64,000 bases of DNA from Chiloscyllium plagiosum (taxonomy: Eukaryota). The position numbers and the translations under genes are program-made. The stretch is from NCBI RefSeq assembly GCF_004010195.1, contig NC_057749.1, positions 26,828,949 to 26,892,948 of the forward strand. Direction: 5' to 3'. Below, in pieces: positions 12,856-25,911 of the stretch (within the stretch, counting starts at the first letter, position 1; the number at the start of each line of letters is the position of its first letter). Under the pieces are notes generated by a model. That model did no database searches and was not told the origin of the DNA. It saw only the letters and a program-made list of their open reading frames with translations.

Positions 12856-14106
12856 TACTTCCTTTCTTTTATATAGTTTCTTAGAATAAGCCAGTTAGGT
12901 TAACATTAGTAGTATAAAAGCATTTAAAACAATAAACTAAGATAAAATAAACAGTAAATTTAACAAATATAGATTAATTAAAGAAAGATAGCATGGAGTT
13001 TAAGAAGGCAAATGGCATTTGACTAGCTTGAGTCCAGCTTGAATGTTGCACGCCCAAGCTTTGTTCATTAATATAGTTCAAAAAAAGCAATGATCTTAAT
13101 TTGAATCTCAGTGAACCCCACTATTTACATGCCCCAGTCTGAAAAATGACTATTATGTCTACTATGTTTTTTATTACTCAGTCAATTGCATTTCCATACT
13201 GCCACTGTCTCTTCTTGGGTAGCATCTAGTCGACAAGCTAATTACATGACACTTTATTAAGCCCCTCTTAGACATCAGTGGCAGTTTATGAAAGTTATTT
13301 GGTTATTGTCATGCATATGGATTTCCAAGAGGGGCTTAATAAAGTGTCATGTAACTGGCTTGTGGGGTTCACTGAGATTCAAATTAGGATCATTGCTTTT
13401 TTTGAACTATATTAATGAACAAAGCTTGAGTACACAACATCCATCACACATTCAAAATCTGCAGATCAAGCAAAACTTGGAAGCACTATGAACTGGGAGG
13501 AGCCCAGACAGGCTGATAGAATGGGCAGACACGTTGACAGATACAATTTAACATAGAAAATGTGAAGTGATACATTTTGAGTAGACAATGGAGGAGTGAC
13601 AATGTAAAAGATATAATTGCAGAGGGCACAGGAAAAAAGGAACCTGGAGATATATATGCACAAATCATTGCAGGTGGCAAAGTAAGTTCAGAAATTGGTT
13701 AAAAAGACACAAGAGGTCCTGAGTTTTATAAATAGAGTATGGAATCATAAAATCATGCAATACAGAAAAGGTCTGAAATAACACCAGAGGCCAGTATCCC
13801 AAGTCAACCTTTATTTACATGTGGAGAGTCCTTGACATTGATCCAGTTTCCTCAGGGCATTGATAGATTAAGGCCAAGTGCTCTCTTTCCATTCTACAAT
13901 CACCTTATGATTCCATAAATGAATTTTCCTAACAAGGAAGATCTCCTGTGATATAAATGAAAATATCTAAAATAAAACCAAGATGCTGGAAATACTTAGC
14001 AGGTCTTACAGCATCTGTGAAGACAGAAACAAAATTAACATTTCAGATCAATGACCCTGAAAGGTCTTTTTGCTATTCAGCTGTGTTTTCAGATACTGGA
14101 GTCCTT

Positions 14107-15340
14107 TAGAACAAAGAACAAAGAAAATTATAGCACAGGAACAAGCCGTTCTGCCCTCCAAGCCTGCACCGATCCAGATCCTCTTTCTGAACCTGTTGCC
14201 CATTTTCTAAGGGTTCATATCCCTTTGCTCCCTGCCTATTCATATATCTGTCTAGACACATGTTAAATGACGCTATCATGCCCACCTCCGCTGGTAACAC
14301 TTTCCAGGCAACCACCACCCTCTGCTAAAGAACTTTCCATGCATATCTTCCCTAAACTTTTCCCCTCTCACTTTGAACTCGTGACCCCTAGTAATTGAGT
14401 CCCCCACTCTGGGAAAAATATGTGTTTAATACAGGTTCTTTCTTAGGTGAGATACTAAGTGATAAGAATTTTTAGATGTTGTTCTCTCATAACTAAAATG
14501 TAATTACGCTACATTAATATTTGTTAAGTTGCCTATTTGTGCATTTTCTGAGTGACATTCAGTTATCAGTGGGGTACCATAGGAATCAGTTTTTGGGCCC
14601 TAGATATTCACAATGTATATTTATGACTTTGATGAGAGAACTCAATGTAATATTCACAAGTTTGCATATGACAGAGTTGAACTGCAAGGTGGATGCAGAG
14701 TTGTTTAAATGCGATTTGGACAGGTTGAGTGAATGGGTAAATGCATGGCAAATGAAGTATAATAAAGATAAGTGTGAGCTTGTCCACTTTGGTAGCAAAA
14801 ATATCATGTTTAGCGATACGTTGGGAAAGAGAGAGAGGCATAATAACACATGAGTACCTAGTACACTGGTGGCTAAAAATAAGCATGCAGGTGCAGCACG
14901 TAGTGAAGAAGACAAATGGTATGCTGGCCTTCATGGCAAGAGGTTTTGAGTACAGGAGCAATGATGTCTTAATGCAATTGAATAGGGCCTAAGTTATAAC
15001 AGGTCTAGACAGGGTAAATGCAGGAAGGATGTTCTTGATGACTGGGGAGTCCAGAACCAGGGATCACAGTTTAAGGATACAGTGTAGGCCATTTAGCACT
15101 GAGATGAAGAGAAATATCTTCACCCAGAGAGTGGTGAGCCTGTGGAATTCTCTGCCATAGATAAGCAGTTGAGGCCAAAACACTGAACATTTTCAAGGAG
15201 GAGATAAATATAGTTCTTAGGGCTAAAGGGATCAAAGGGTACAGGCAAAAGCAGGAACAAGGTACTGAGTTGGATGATCAGCAGAGCAGGCTCACACAGC
15301 CAAATTGCCTTCTCCTGTTCCTACTTTCCACGTTTTCATG
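14107..15340. mobile_element. CR1 3' fragments: minus 14107-14420, plus about 14560-15340
   Basis: LDRLSEWVNAWQMKYNKDKC, VVKKTNGMLAFMARGFEYRS; CR1 tails. Confidence 0.8.
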
Positions 15341-15369
15341 TTTAACCCAGATACCTAATGTGTGAATAC

Positions 15370-15518
15370 CTCTCTGTTTCTTGATAGTTCTGTGTAACTG
15401 CCAACTGCTGTGGAGCCAGATTCCCCTTATACATATCCCTGACAATCATGCTGTAAAACAAAGCATTGATGTTCCGCAGAAATCCTTTAACCTCCTCTTC
15501 AAAGTCTTGCTGCATAAA
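15370..15518 (-). CDS. Exon 7 of same gene; FMQQDFEEEVKGFLRNINALFYSMIVRDMYKGNLAPQQLAVTQNYQETE(R)
   Basis: cattctttacttacag| acceptor, AG|gtattc donor, 149 nt, phase 0-2, open, apparently non-repetitive; phases fit both neighbouring exons. Confidence 0.75.
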
Positions 15519-15612
15519 CTGTAAGTAAAGAATGAAAAGTAAGTATATTGGAACAGGTAGGTCTTGAACTTATAGTCAACTCAGATATTTTAAAAAGAAA
15601 GAACTTGATAAA

Positions 15613-16091
15613 GTCGCCTCACTTTAGGAAAGATGTGGAAGCTTTGGAGAGGGTGCAGAGGAGATTTACCAGGATGTTGCCTGGAATGGAGAATAGGTCG
15701 TACGAGGATAGGTTGAGAGTGCTAGGCCTCTTCTCATTGGAACGGCGAAGGATGAGGGGTGACTTGATAGAGGTTTATAAGATGATCAGGGCAATAGATA
15801 GAGTAGACAGTCAGAGACCTTTTCCCTGGGTAGAACAGACTGTTACAAGGGGACATAAATTTAAGGTGAAGGGTGGAAGGTATGGGGGGGATGTGAGGGG
15901 TAGGTTCTTTACCCAGAGAGTGGTGGGGGCATGGAATGCGCTGCCTGTGGGAGTGGCAGAGTCAGAATCATTGGTGACCTTTAAGCGGCAATTGGATAGG
16001 TACATGGATAGGTGCTTAAGCTAGGACAAATGTTCGGCACAACATCATGGGCCGAAGGGCCTGTTCTGTGCTGTATTGTTCTATGTTCTAT
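15613..16091 (+). mobile_element. Young 5'-truncated CR1 3' end
   Basis: [24 protein letters not shown]...FFTQRVVGAWNALP is open; ttctatg tail. Confidence 0.92.
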
Positions 16092-16599
16092 AACATACAG
16101 ATCAGCAAATCAAGTAAACAATGTGAAAGACAGAATAAAATAAAATTAAACTGCTTCAAAAAGGATGGCTGCTGGACAGTTAGACTGTTGGATTGATAGT
16201 TAGAGGGATTAAAAGGACTGCTGCAAAGTGCAAAGAGAGCCTAGCACAGTTGAAGTGGTGCTTGCCTTCTGTCCACTTTGTCCCAAAGATACAATAATTT
16301 ATAATTCCTGGATTTTCTCATCAGGACAACATCTTAATTACTCCTGAAGTGTTCACTACCTTCAAATAGTGAATATAGGACAAACTAAAAAGTATGTTTG
16401 CATATATTTCAAAAGTTTGGTACATTTTATTTGAACCAAACGGAAGGACAACCTCTAAAATTTCTAAATTTAAATAATTACAACTTTGGTGCTCAAATTA
16501 TGTGTGATCTGTGCATTAAATGAACAGTAAATTAGTAAATTCTTCATCTACAACATAATGTCAAGCATTGTGGAGACTCCTTCATATATATACTGCAGA

Positions 16600-17230
16600 T
16601 TCTCTTTTATTCATTCATGAGATGTGGGTATTGCTATAGGTCAGCATTTATTTCCCAGCTTTAATTGCCTGAAGAAGATGGCAGGAAACTGCCTTCTTAC
16701 TTCTGAATTGCTGCAGTTCTTGGATAATACAGGCATCCACAGTGACGTTAGAGAGTTCCAGTATTTTGAACCAACAACAATGAAGGAACTGCAACATTGT
16801 TCCAAGTCATGATATTATGTGTCTTGGAAAGGAACTTGCAGGTGGTGATGTTACCATGTATCTGCAGCCCTTGTGCTTCAACGTGAAAGAGAACACAGGT
16901 TTGCGAAATGCTGTTGATGGAATCTTGGTAAATAACTACTGCACTGAAAATAAATGACAATGGCAGGATACTTCTGGAGCCCAAGATTTCAGTCCTACTA
17001 CCAGGAGACTGTGAGGACTCATAGTATTTGCAGGATCCAGTCTCTTCAGTTTTTCCAGATAATACATGGAGTGAATTGAATTGGCAGAAGTCTGGCATCT
17101 GTGATCCTGGGCCGAAGGAGGAGAGGACAGATCATCTACTTGGCACTCCTGGCTGAAGATGAATGCAAATGTTTAGCCTTGTACAATGCACAGATGTGCT
17201 GCTCTCTGGAGTCACATATAGATCACATTA
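16600..17230 (-). mobile_element. Old degenerate CR1-like family fragment (related copies at about 23510-24750, 25350-25650, 52300-53120)
   Basis: Shared 3' sequence (atgggaacac.accacctgcaagttc...ctgacttggaa) seen at several loci. Confidence 0.6.
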
Positions 17231-18498
17231 GATAAGGGCAGCAGATTCTCTGTAAATACTTGTTGTTATTTTCCTATATTCCCATTCTCAGTTGTACTAA
17301 ACTATAAATTACTGCAAAAGTTTCTTCTTCTTTCCGATACAGGTGACTTTCTAACACTGTCCCAGCTCCACAAGCCCTGACAATCTGGATACTAACTCCA
17401 GTATCTCTGCTGTCTGGAGCCTCTTTCTCCTGCTTCTAAATACCTGAGTAGCCAGTAGTCCAAAATAGCAATCGCTGCTTCAATGCTCTGACTACAATGA
17501 AGTCATCTTCCCCGACTAAAATTGTCTCTGACTGTTTATTATTCTATCAAAGGTCTCTAACAGACTCCTGTCCTTGTTACTAGACAGGAACAAAAATTTC
17601 AAGCATTGAACACTTGTGCTCAAATGCTTCAATTTTGACATGTTGCAAGCTCACGTAAGAGAAATGAACATATAAAAACTTTATCGCAGCAAGGGACTGA
17701 GACTAACTGTGCAGCTTGTTCAGAGAGCCCTCATAAATATGAAAGGCCTTAACAGATTTCGTCTGTGCTGCTGCTGTTATAATTTATCATCTCTGTCACT
17801 GATAGTAGAGTACTCAATGTGAAACAGTGGAGCCTGTGATTGAGATATATAGTCAGCAAATTTTCAGGGCACGGCAAAGGCCATTAAGCAGAATTGTAAA
17901 CAACATAATGATTTGAAAACAGGCGAGGACAGAGGGGAGAAAGAGAAGATGGGGGCAGAGTGAGGACAGGGAACAATGTGAGGATGGAGGGAGACTGAGG
18001 ACAAGATTAAGTGAGGACAAAGGGAGAGTGAAGATGATGGGAGATGAAGATGGGGAGAGAGAGAGAGTGAAGGCAGGAGGTTAGGATGAAAAGTGTCTGT
18101 GAAAGGGTGGATCTCCTGACCCCTGTTCTCACTGTTCCCACTCTGTAGTACCCAGGCCAGAATGGCCCTCTTCCAACACATTGCCACTTAAAATTCCTCC
18201 CTTCACAACCATCCCCTTCACCTCCCCCTACACATCACATGCACACAAGCACACACACACACAATACAACCGCAGTTTAAACCTGAATCCATGTAAATAT
18301 GCATGTGGTGTCAACAGACTGACCCTTCAAAAAATGAGCTTTGTGACCAATGGAAGAATGAAGTTACAATGTGGACCTTCCTGAGCCTGAAAATCCTGTG
18401 AGAAATCTGTGCTCTTCCACTTCTGGCCACTTGAGCATTTCCATTGCTAGCCATAAGTTCAACTTCCAAGGCTGCAAGTTCTTTAAACCCATCCCTTT

Positions 18499-21400
18499 GA
18501 ACACAGAACAGTACAGCACAGCACAAGCCCTTCGGCCCTCGATGTTGTTTATCCTACTTTTATCGAAGATTAAACTCACCTATATACCCTACATTTTTCT
18601 GTCATCCATGAGCCTATCCAAGAGCGGCTTAAATGTCCCTAATGTATCTGACTCTACTACCACTGCTGGCAGTGCACTCCAAGCACCCACCACTCTCTGT
18701 GTTAAGAACCTATCTCTGACATCTCCACTAAACCTTCCTCCAATCACCTTAAAATTATGTCCCCTCATGCTAGCCATTTCCGTCATGGGGAAAAATCTCT
18801 GACTATCCACTCTATCTATGCCTCCATCATCTTATACACCTCTGTCAAGTCACATCTCACCCTTCTTCGCTCCAATGACAAAAGCCTTAGCTCCCTCAAC
18901 TTTTCTCCATAAGACTTGCTCGTCAGTCCAGGCAGCAGCCTGGTAAGTATACTCTGTACTCTCTCTAAGGTTTCCACATTCTTCCTATACTGAGGCGACT
19001 AGAACTGAACACAATATTCCAAGAGTGGTCTAACCAGAGCATTAGACAGCTATAGCATAACCTCGTGGCTCTTAAACTCAATCCTCCTGTTAATGAAAGC
19101 CAACACACCATATGCCTTCTTAACAACACTATCAACCAGGATAACAACTTTGAAGGATCCATGGATGTGGACCCCAAGATCCTTCTGTTCCTCCATGCTG
19201 CCAAGAATCCTGCCTTTAACCCTGTCATCTGCATTCAAATTAGATCTTCCAAAATGAATAACTTCACACTTTTCCATATTGAACTCCATCTGCCACTTCT
19301 CAGCCCAGCTCTGCATCCTGTCAATGTCCCACTGCAACTTACAACAGCCCTCCACACTGTCCACAACTCCACCAACCTTTGTGTCATAAGCAAACGTACT
19401 AACCCATCTGTTCACTTCCTCATCCAAGTCATTTATAAAAATCGCAAAGACCAGAGGTTCCAGAAACGATCCCTCAGAAACACCACTGCTTACCAAGCTC
19501 CAGGCTGAATACTTTTCATCTACTATCACCCTCTGTCTTCTATGGGCCAGCCAATTCTGTATCCAGACAGCCAAATTTCCCTGTATCCCATGTCTCCTTT
19601 CCTTCTGAATGAGCCTACCGTGGGGCATCTTATCAAATGCCTTACTAAAATCCATGTATACCACATCCACTGCTCCAACTTCATCAGTGTGTTTTGTCAC
19701 ATCTTCAAAGAATTCAATAAGGCTTGTGAGGCAGGACCTGCCCCTCACAAAGCCATGCTTACTATCTCTAATCAAGCTATACTTTCCAAATACAGTAGCG
19801 CCTCGACAGACGAACGACCACATTCACGAACAAGTCGGTTTACGAACAGGATTGTAAGTAAAATTTTGCTTCAACGTACATATGAAATTCAAGCTACGAA
19901 CAAAGGTACGAACGCAAAAAGCCCATGGTTTTGTTGTCATTGTTCTGCTTTACTATGCGCGCTTTGAACGCAAAAGCTCTCGGGCCCCGCGTGATCTCAT
20001 TCAGTTCGTCTTTGGCGCGCGCGCGTTGTGAACATCCAACGTCCAAGCACTCTTAGGCTTCTTTTTGTTTTTTGCATTAAATTAGCCCTCATTATGGCTC
20101 CCAAGAAAGTGAAAAGTGGTAGTGATGGTGGTATTAAGAAGCCTAAACGTATTACTGTAGAAACGAAGGAGGAAATAATAGCTAAACACGAGAATGGTAC
20201 TCGTGTATCTGATCTCACTATGCAGTACGACATGGCGAAATCGACTATCTGTACTATCCTAAAGAACAAAGAGGCACTAAAGGCAGCTGACGTGGCTAAA
20301 GGAGTGACTATTTTAATGAAGCAAAGGCTAACTTGTTAGACAAGGTTGAAAAATTATTATTAGTTTGGATAAATCAAAAAGAGCTTGCTGGAGATAGTGT
20401 TAACGAGACTATAATCTGCGAGAAGGCTCAACACATACATCGTGATTTGTTGGCAACACCGCCGAGTACAAGTACTGCTAGCGTTGAAGAATTTAAAGGC
20501 AGTAGAGGCTGGTTTGACAAATCTCGTCGACGAACTGGAATCCATAGCGTAATAAGGCATGGAGAAGCGGCTAGTTCGGACAAAAAGGCAGCGGAGGACG
20601 TTGTGAAGAAATTCAATAAGTTTGTCGAAGATAAAGGTTATGTCTCACATCAAGATTTTAACTGATGAAACTGGACTTTTCTGGAAGAAAATGCCCAAAA
20701 GGACCTACATAACCCAAGAGGAGAAGGCACTACCGGGCCACAAACCAATGAAGGACAGGTTAACGCTTTTATTGTGCGCGAATGCAAGTGGGAATTGCAA
20801 GATTAAGCCTCTATTAGTCTACCACTCTGAAAATCCTCGCGTTTTTAAACACAATAATGTGTTGAAGGCTAAACTCCCGGTAATGTGGAGGGCGAATAGC
20901 AAGGCTTGGGTCACGCGAGTGATTTTTATGGAATGGTTGACAGAAGTTTTTGCACCAGCTGTCAAGGAATATCTTGAAACAAATAATTTGCCACTTAAGT
21001 GTCTTCTAGTAATGGACAATGCTCCTGCCCATTCTCCAAATTTGGAAGATTCGGACATTGAATATGACTTCATAAAAGTAAAGTTCCTTCCTCCCAACAC
21101 CACTCCTCTCATCCAACCCATGGACCAGAATGTCATTGCAAATTTCAAAAAATTATATACGAAGGCTCTGTTTGCCAGGTGTTTCCAGGTCACCAACGAC
21201 ACAGATTTGACCCTTGGTCAGTACTGGAAGGACCACTTCAATATCCTCCACTGCATAAGCCTTATTGATAAGGCATGGAACGAGGTCTCTTTCCGTACAT
21301 TGCAGTCGGCCGGGAGGAAACTTTGGCCAGATTGTGTACCTGAGAGAGACTGAGGGTTTTGAGGAAGAGACATCAGTAAATGTAGTGAACGAGATTGTGA

Positions 21401-23420
21401 CCCTGGGCCAAAATATGGGCTTGGAGGTCGATGAGGATGATGTGGCGGAGCTGGTGGACGACCACAGACAAGAACTCAGCACAGAAGATCTTGTTGAATT
21501 GCAACAGGAGCAGGTGAAGGTTATGCAGCAGGAGCATTCTGGGGAGGAGGAAGAAGAGAGGGTAGATGTATCAAGTGTTCAAATCAAAGACATTTGTAGC
21601 AAATGGAGTGAAGTGCAGGTTTTTGTTGAGAGGCATTACCCTAACAAAACTGTGACCCACAGAGCAGTGAACATTTTAAATAACAATGTGATGTCTCATT
21701 TTCGGAAAATTCAGCAACAAAGAAAAAAACAAGTTTCTCTGGATCGTTTTCTCGTGGCATCACCAACCTCCAAGAGACAAAAAAGAGAAAAGACACCGGA
21801 AATATCCGAACAATGGGAAAATTGATTCAGTTTGCGAACTTTTCGGTTCTGTAATCATAAACCTGTCTCTCAGAATCCTCTCCAATAATTTGCTCACCAC
21901 CAATGTAAAATGAATCAGTATTGAAATCAGGAGCTGAGATTAAGATTGACCAGTCTATAATTCTTAGGGTTATCCCTATTCTCTTTCTTGAACAAGGGAA
22001 TAACATTTGCCTCCCTCCAATCATCTGGTATTACTCCATTGGACAGTGAGGATGCAAAGGTCATTGCCAAAGGCACAGCAATCTCTTCCTTCGCTTCCCG
22101 TAGTAATCTTGGGTATATTCTGTCTGGCCCAGGGGACTTATTATGCTCATGTTTTTCAAAATTTCCACCACATCTTCCTCCTTACATCAACCTCTTCCAG
22201 CATACCAGCCTGTTTCACATAGTCCTCACAAACGATAAGGTCCCTCTCACTAGTGAATACTGAAGTAAATTATTCATTAAGGACCTCCCCTACCTCCTCC
22301 GACTCCAGGCTCAAGTTCCCTCCACTATCCCTGACTGACCCCATCCTCACTTTGACCGTACTCTTTTCTGCACGTAAGTCTAGAACGTCTTGAGGTTTTT
22401 CTTAATCCTACCCGCCAAGGCTTTTTCATGCCCCCTTATAGCTCTCCGAAGTTCCCTCCTGGCTACCTTGTAACCCTCGAGAGCCCTATCTGATCCTTGC
22501 CTCCTCAATCTTAAGTAAGCTTCCTTCTTCCTCTTGACTAGATGTTCCATATCTCTTGTCATCCAAAGTTTCTTCACCTTAGCATCCCTTCCTTGCCTCA
22601 GTGGGACAAACCTATCCAACACTCACAGCAAGTGATCCCTAAATAACCTCCGCATTTCTGGCATGCATTTCCCTGACAATATCTGCTCCCAATTTATGCT
22701 CCACAGTTCCTGCCTAATAGCATTCTTATTCCCCCTCCCCAATTAAACATTTTCCCAGATCATCTGCTCCTATCCTTCTCCATTACTATAGTAAAGGTCA
22801 GGGAGTTGTGATCACTATCACTAAAATGCTCTCCTATTGAAAGATCTGACACCTGACCTGACTCGTTGCCAAGCACCAAATCCAATATGGCCTCCCCTCT
22901 TGTCAGCCTAACTACATATTGAGTCAGGAATCCTTCCTGGACACACTCACAAAATCTGCACCATCCAAACTATTTGAACTAAGGAGGTTCCAATCGATAT
23001 TAGGGAAGTTGAAGTCACTCGTGACAACAATTCTGTTACTTCTGCACCTTTCCAAAATCTGCCTCCCAATCTGCTCCTCCGTGTCTCTGTTGCTACTGGG
23101 GGGCCCTGCAGAAAACTCCCAATAAAGTGACTGCTCTTTTCCTGTTTCTGATTTCCACCCATAATGACTCTCCTCAACAACCTCCCTTTCTGCAGCTATG
23201 ATACCATCCCCGATTAGCAATGCCAGTCCTCCACCACTTTTACCTCCCACCCCATTCCTTCTGAAACATCTAAACCCCAGAACATCCAGCAACCATTCCT
23301 GCCCGTGACATCCAAGTCTCCGTAATGGACACAACATCGTAACTCCAAAGCTGATCTCTGCTCTACCTTCATCCCCCTTGTTCCTGACACTTCCTGCATT
23401 AAAATAGACACACTTCAACC
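18499..23420 (-). mobile_element. Near-complete degenerate CR1 ORF2 split by a Tigger insertion (CR1 parts 18499-19790 and 21854-23420)
   Basis: EN start KCVYFNAGSVRNK (23418), DFNFPNIDW; RT HGFVRGRSCLT, YMDFSKAFDK; 3' tail near 18500. The CR1 sequence is continuous across the Tigger. Confidence 0.9.
19793..21851 (+). mobile_element. Tigger/pogo (TIGD1-like) DNA transposon with frameshifted transposase (ATG 20094 to about 21825)
   Basis: HTH_psq (ITVETKEEII...KSTICTILKNK), CENP-B HTH (EKLLLVWIN...FKGSRGWFDK), DDE_1 (DETGLFWKKMP, MDNAPAH, QPMDQNVI); TA|CAG...CTG|TA ends. Confidence 0.95.
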
Positions 23421-24757
23421 TCTGACTTGAATTTTAAATTGTCTAGCGTAATACCTCATTTGACTCTGGGTCAATTTTCATTTGATAATACTCATGATAG
23501 GCACTTTGGGAATCTTCAATGACAAGGGAACAAAGCACATTAGTGCAAAAGATAAAGCTGAAGAACTTGCAGCAATCATTAAACCAAAAATGCCGAATGA
23601 ATGATTGATCTTGGCCTCATTCAGAGGTCCCCAACATCACAGATGCCAGAAATTCAATTCATTTCATGTGATATCAATAAAGGGCTGAAGACACTAGATA
23701 TTAAAAAGGCTGTAGGCCCTGACAATGTTCCAGCAATAGTACTGAAACTTGTGCTCCAGAATTGTCATGTTCCTAGCTAAGCACTGACAGTACAAGTACA
23801 ATATTGGTATCTCCCTGACAATGTAGAAAATTGCCCAGGTATGTCCTGCACACAAAAAGCAAATCAAAACCAACTTGACCAATTACCATCCCATCAGTGT
23901 ACTTTTGATCATCAGTGAAAGGATAGAAAGAGTCATCAATAGTTTTTAATCGAGCAGCACTTAAACTCAGGTCCTGATTTCAATGCCGCGTCGGTTTAAT
24001 TATAGACAAAAAGCTGAATTTCAGAGGTGAAGTAATAATGGGTGCCCTTGACATCAAGGCTACGTTTGACCAAGTATGGCTTCAAACAGCAATAGGGTCA
24101 ATGCAAATCAGGGATAGAGTTCTCCACTGGTTAAAGTCATACTTGTTACAAAGAAATATAGTTGCGATTACTAGCAATCAGTCATAATGACTGCAAGACA
24201 CCACTACAGGATTACCTCAGTGTCATGTCCTCGGTCCAAACCTCTCCAACTGTTTCATCAATGATCTCTCCTCTATCATGAGGTCAGAAGTGGAGATGTT
24301 TACGCAATGTTCAGTACCATTCATGACCCCTCAGGTACTGAAGCAGTTCATGCCCAAATGAAGGAAGACCTGGATAATACCCAGGCTTGGGTTAACAAGT
24401 GGCAACTTATGTTTATGCCACACAAATATCATTGAATGACTTTCCAACACAAGATAATCTAACCATTATCTCTTGACATTCAATGGCATTACCATCATCA
24501 AGTCCCCCACAATCACTGAACAAAAACTGAACTGCACTAGCCATTTAAATACTAAGGCTCTAGTATAAGTTTGAGGCTTCGAATTCTGCACTGATTAAGT
24601 CTCTAATTAAATCTCTAGTTCTTGACAGTGCAATATTTACAAGACACAAATCAAGACTGTGGTAGTTTATTCCTGACTTGCTTGGATGAATGTAGCTATA
24701 ACAACACTCAAGAATCTTGACTCCATATGGGACAAAGGCATGTGGCAATACCATGGC

Positions 24758-25347
24758 TGTAATGAAGGTTAAGATAGAGGTGCCTAATGGTCTGCTCAAA
24801 GTCAGTAAAGTAACGGCTTGTGAAATCTACAGTTGCTTTTTGAAGTTGGAAAATAGAAGCAGGTGGAATGGGTGAGGTCAAGCTCCCACAAAACCAGGGT
24901 TTTTAGTTTTAGCTTTCCGCAGTTGCTGGGATCTTGAAGCTGGATTTGGAAGCTCTTATTCCTCTCTCTGTTACAGCTAAAAGCTGGAGTTCTGTTCCTG
25001 CTGCTCAAATTGTATGTGAAACAATCTTTTATTGAATTTGCCTTTGCCAAGGGTGTGTTTATGGGATGAGACTATATTGGAACTGTTAATTAGTAATAGT
25101 TAATGTATATTATTTTGTTAAGTATTTCAATAGTTACAATAAGCCAAATATTTTCTTTTATTTTTATTTTGTTTGTATTTAAACTGCAGTGTAAAGATGA
25201 AGTGTGTTTTGCTTAAAGGTGAGTAGTTTGACCAATCGAATAGCATCTGGAACTCAACGCCTTACACTTACCTTTAAAATAAGAGAACATTACGGTCTAG
25301 ACTACCTCCTTAATATATTTTGAGGGGGTGTGGTCTGCTCCATAACA
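24758..25347. mobile_element. Probable solo LTR
   Basis: TGTAATG...CATAACA termini (near inverted), about 590 bp, interrupts an older CR1-like repeat; TSD not clear. Confidence 0.5.
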
Positions 25348-25761
25348 GGTATCATTGACAAGATGCACTGCAGAAATTCATCAAGGCTTCTCTGATAGCA
25401 CCTTCCAAATTCCCAATTACTATGATTAAGAAAGACAATGAAACAGATACATGGGAACACTACCACCTGCAAGTTCATCTCAAAGTCATTCACCATCCTG
25501 ACTTGGAAATATATTATTAATGCTGGGTCAAAATCCTGGAATTGCCTTCCTAACAACACTGTGGACGTATCTGGCCCTACTGGACTGTAGCGGTTGAAGA
25601 AGACACATCACTACCACCTTATCAGACAATTAAAGATGTATAATAAATGCAAAACCCATATCCCCTGAATAAATAAGTAAAATTTCAACATCCACACATA
25701 CATTTTCCAATACACCTAGTATGTAGTGAATAGAAGACTCAGAGATAACAATAATCCTTAC

Positions 25762-25911
25762 CAGCTCTTCGGTGACTGTATAAAAATCCATCCAGTTTAG
25801 TTGAGAACAAACGTAACATAGAATGTCTGTGATTTGTCCAGCTGGCTTATGAAGCGGCACCATTCCACACAATGGCGTCGGTAAGTTATTTGCAGTAAGG
25901 TCTGACTTCTG
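25762..25911 (-). CDS. KASH5: Exon 6 of KASH5-like gene; QKSDLTANNLPTPLCGMVPLHKPAGQITDILCYVCSQLNWMDFYTVTEEL
   Basis: tctttttattcccgtag|CAG tandem (NAGNAG) acceptor, CTG|gtaagg donor, 150 nt, phase 0-0. 'LPTPLCG' resembles KASH5 'LSNPLCG' (memory). Confidence 0.8.

Noticed and set aside
17444..17543. Candidate minus-strand exon (NNKQSETILVGEDDFIVVRALKQRLLFWTTGYS)
   Set aside because: Weak acceptor, and the phase-1 donor is incompatible with the flanking phase-0 exons.
17864..18187. Ser/Pro/Leu-rich ORF
   Set aside because: Translation of a low-complexity GA-rich tract.
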